Source: Sphaeroforma arctica JP610
Lineage: Eukaryota
Direction of reading: 5' to 3'
Assembly (NCBI RefSeq): GCF_001186125.1
Contig: NW_014040348.1
Coordinates: 43,690-80,521 of the forward strand
DNA: 36,832 nt
Part shown: positions 36,789 through 36,832 of the stretch, in pieces
Layout: each line of letters opens with the position of its first letter
Position numbering within the stretch: position 1 is the stretch's first letter
Notes under the pieces: generated by a model
Databases searched by the model: none
What the model was told of the DNA's origin: nothing
The model's input: the letters and a program-made list of their open reading frames with translations, nothing else
Translations under genes and position numbers: made by a program

Positions 36789-36832
36789 CCTAGCTCCAAT
36801 TTCTCACCTTTTCTCATTCAACGGAACTGTAG

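Noticed and set aside
36820..36832. Right TIR of the pogo-like element (actgta)
   Set aside because: Only 6 bp match; the expected GAGGTATGACTG is absent.

Overview
Intron-rich eukaryotic genomic DNA with (TA)n/(CA)n microsatellites and N gaps, most likely from a unicellular eukaryote; the species cannot be determined from the sequence. By hand-splicing GT-AG exons I find four host genes or gene remnants. They are a fragmentary membrane-anchored gene (1.7-3.7 kb, +), a two-exon class-3 lipase with a C-terminal CxxC-less thioredoxin-like domain (4606-8056, -), an F-box plus TPR-like gene (about 10.6-18.5 kb, +), and a multi-exon Cys-less (GLIC/ELIC-type) pentameric ligand-gated ion channel with an over-long, degenerate membrane region (18.8-26.5 kb, -). 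The right end holds the left part of a pogo/Tigger-like DNA transposon, cut off by a decayed 7.87-kb Ty3/Gypsy-type LTR retrotransposon (28919-36788, -). The best candidate for a novel system is this retrotransposon. Its pol reads protease, RT, RNase H, a Dam-like N6-adenine DNA methyltransferase, DDE integrase and a chromodomain-like tail. That methyltransferase is normally a hallmark of DIRS (tyrosine-recombinase) retroelements rather than integrase/LTR elements. All domain calls are motif recognition by eye; no database searches were run.
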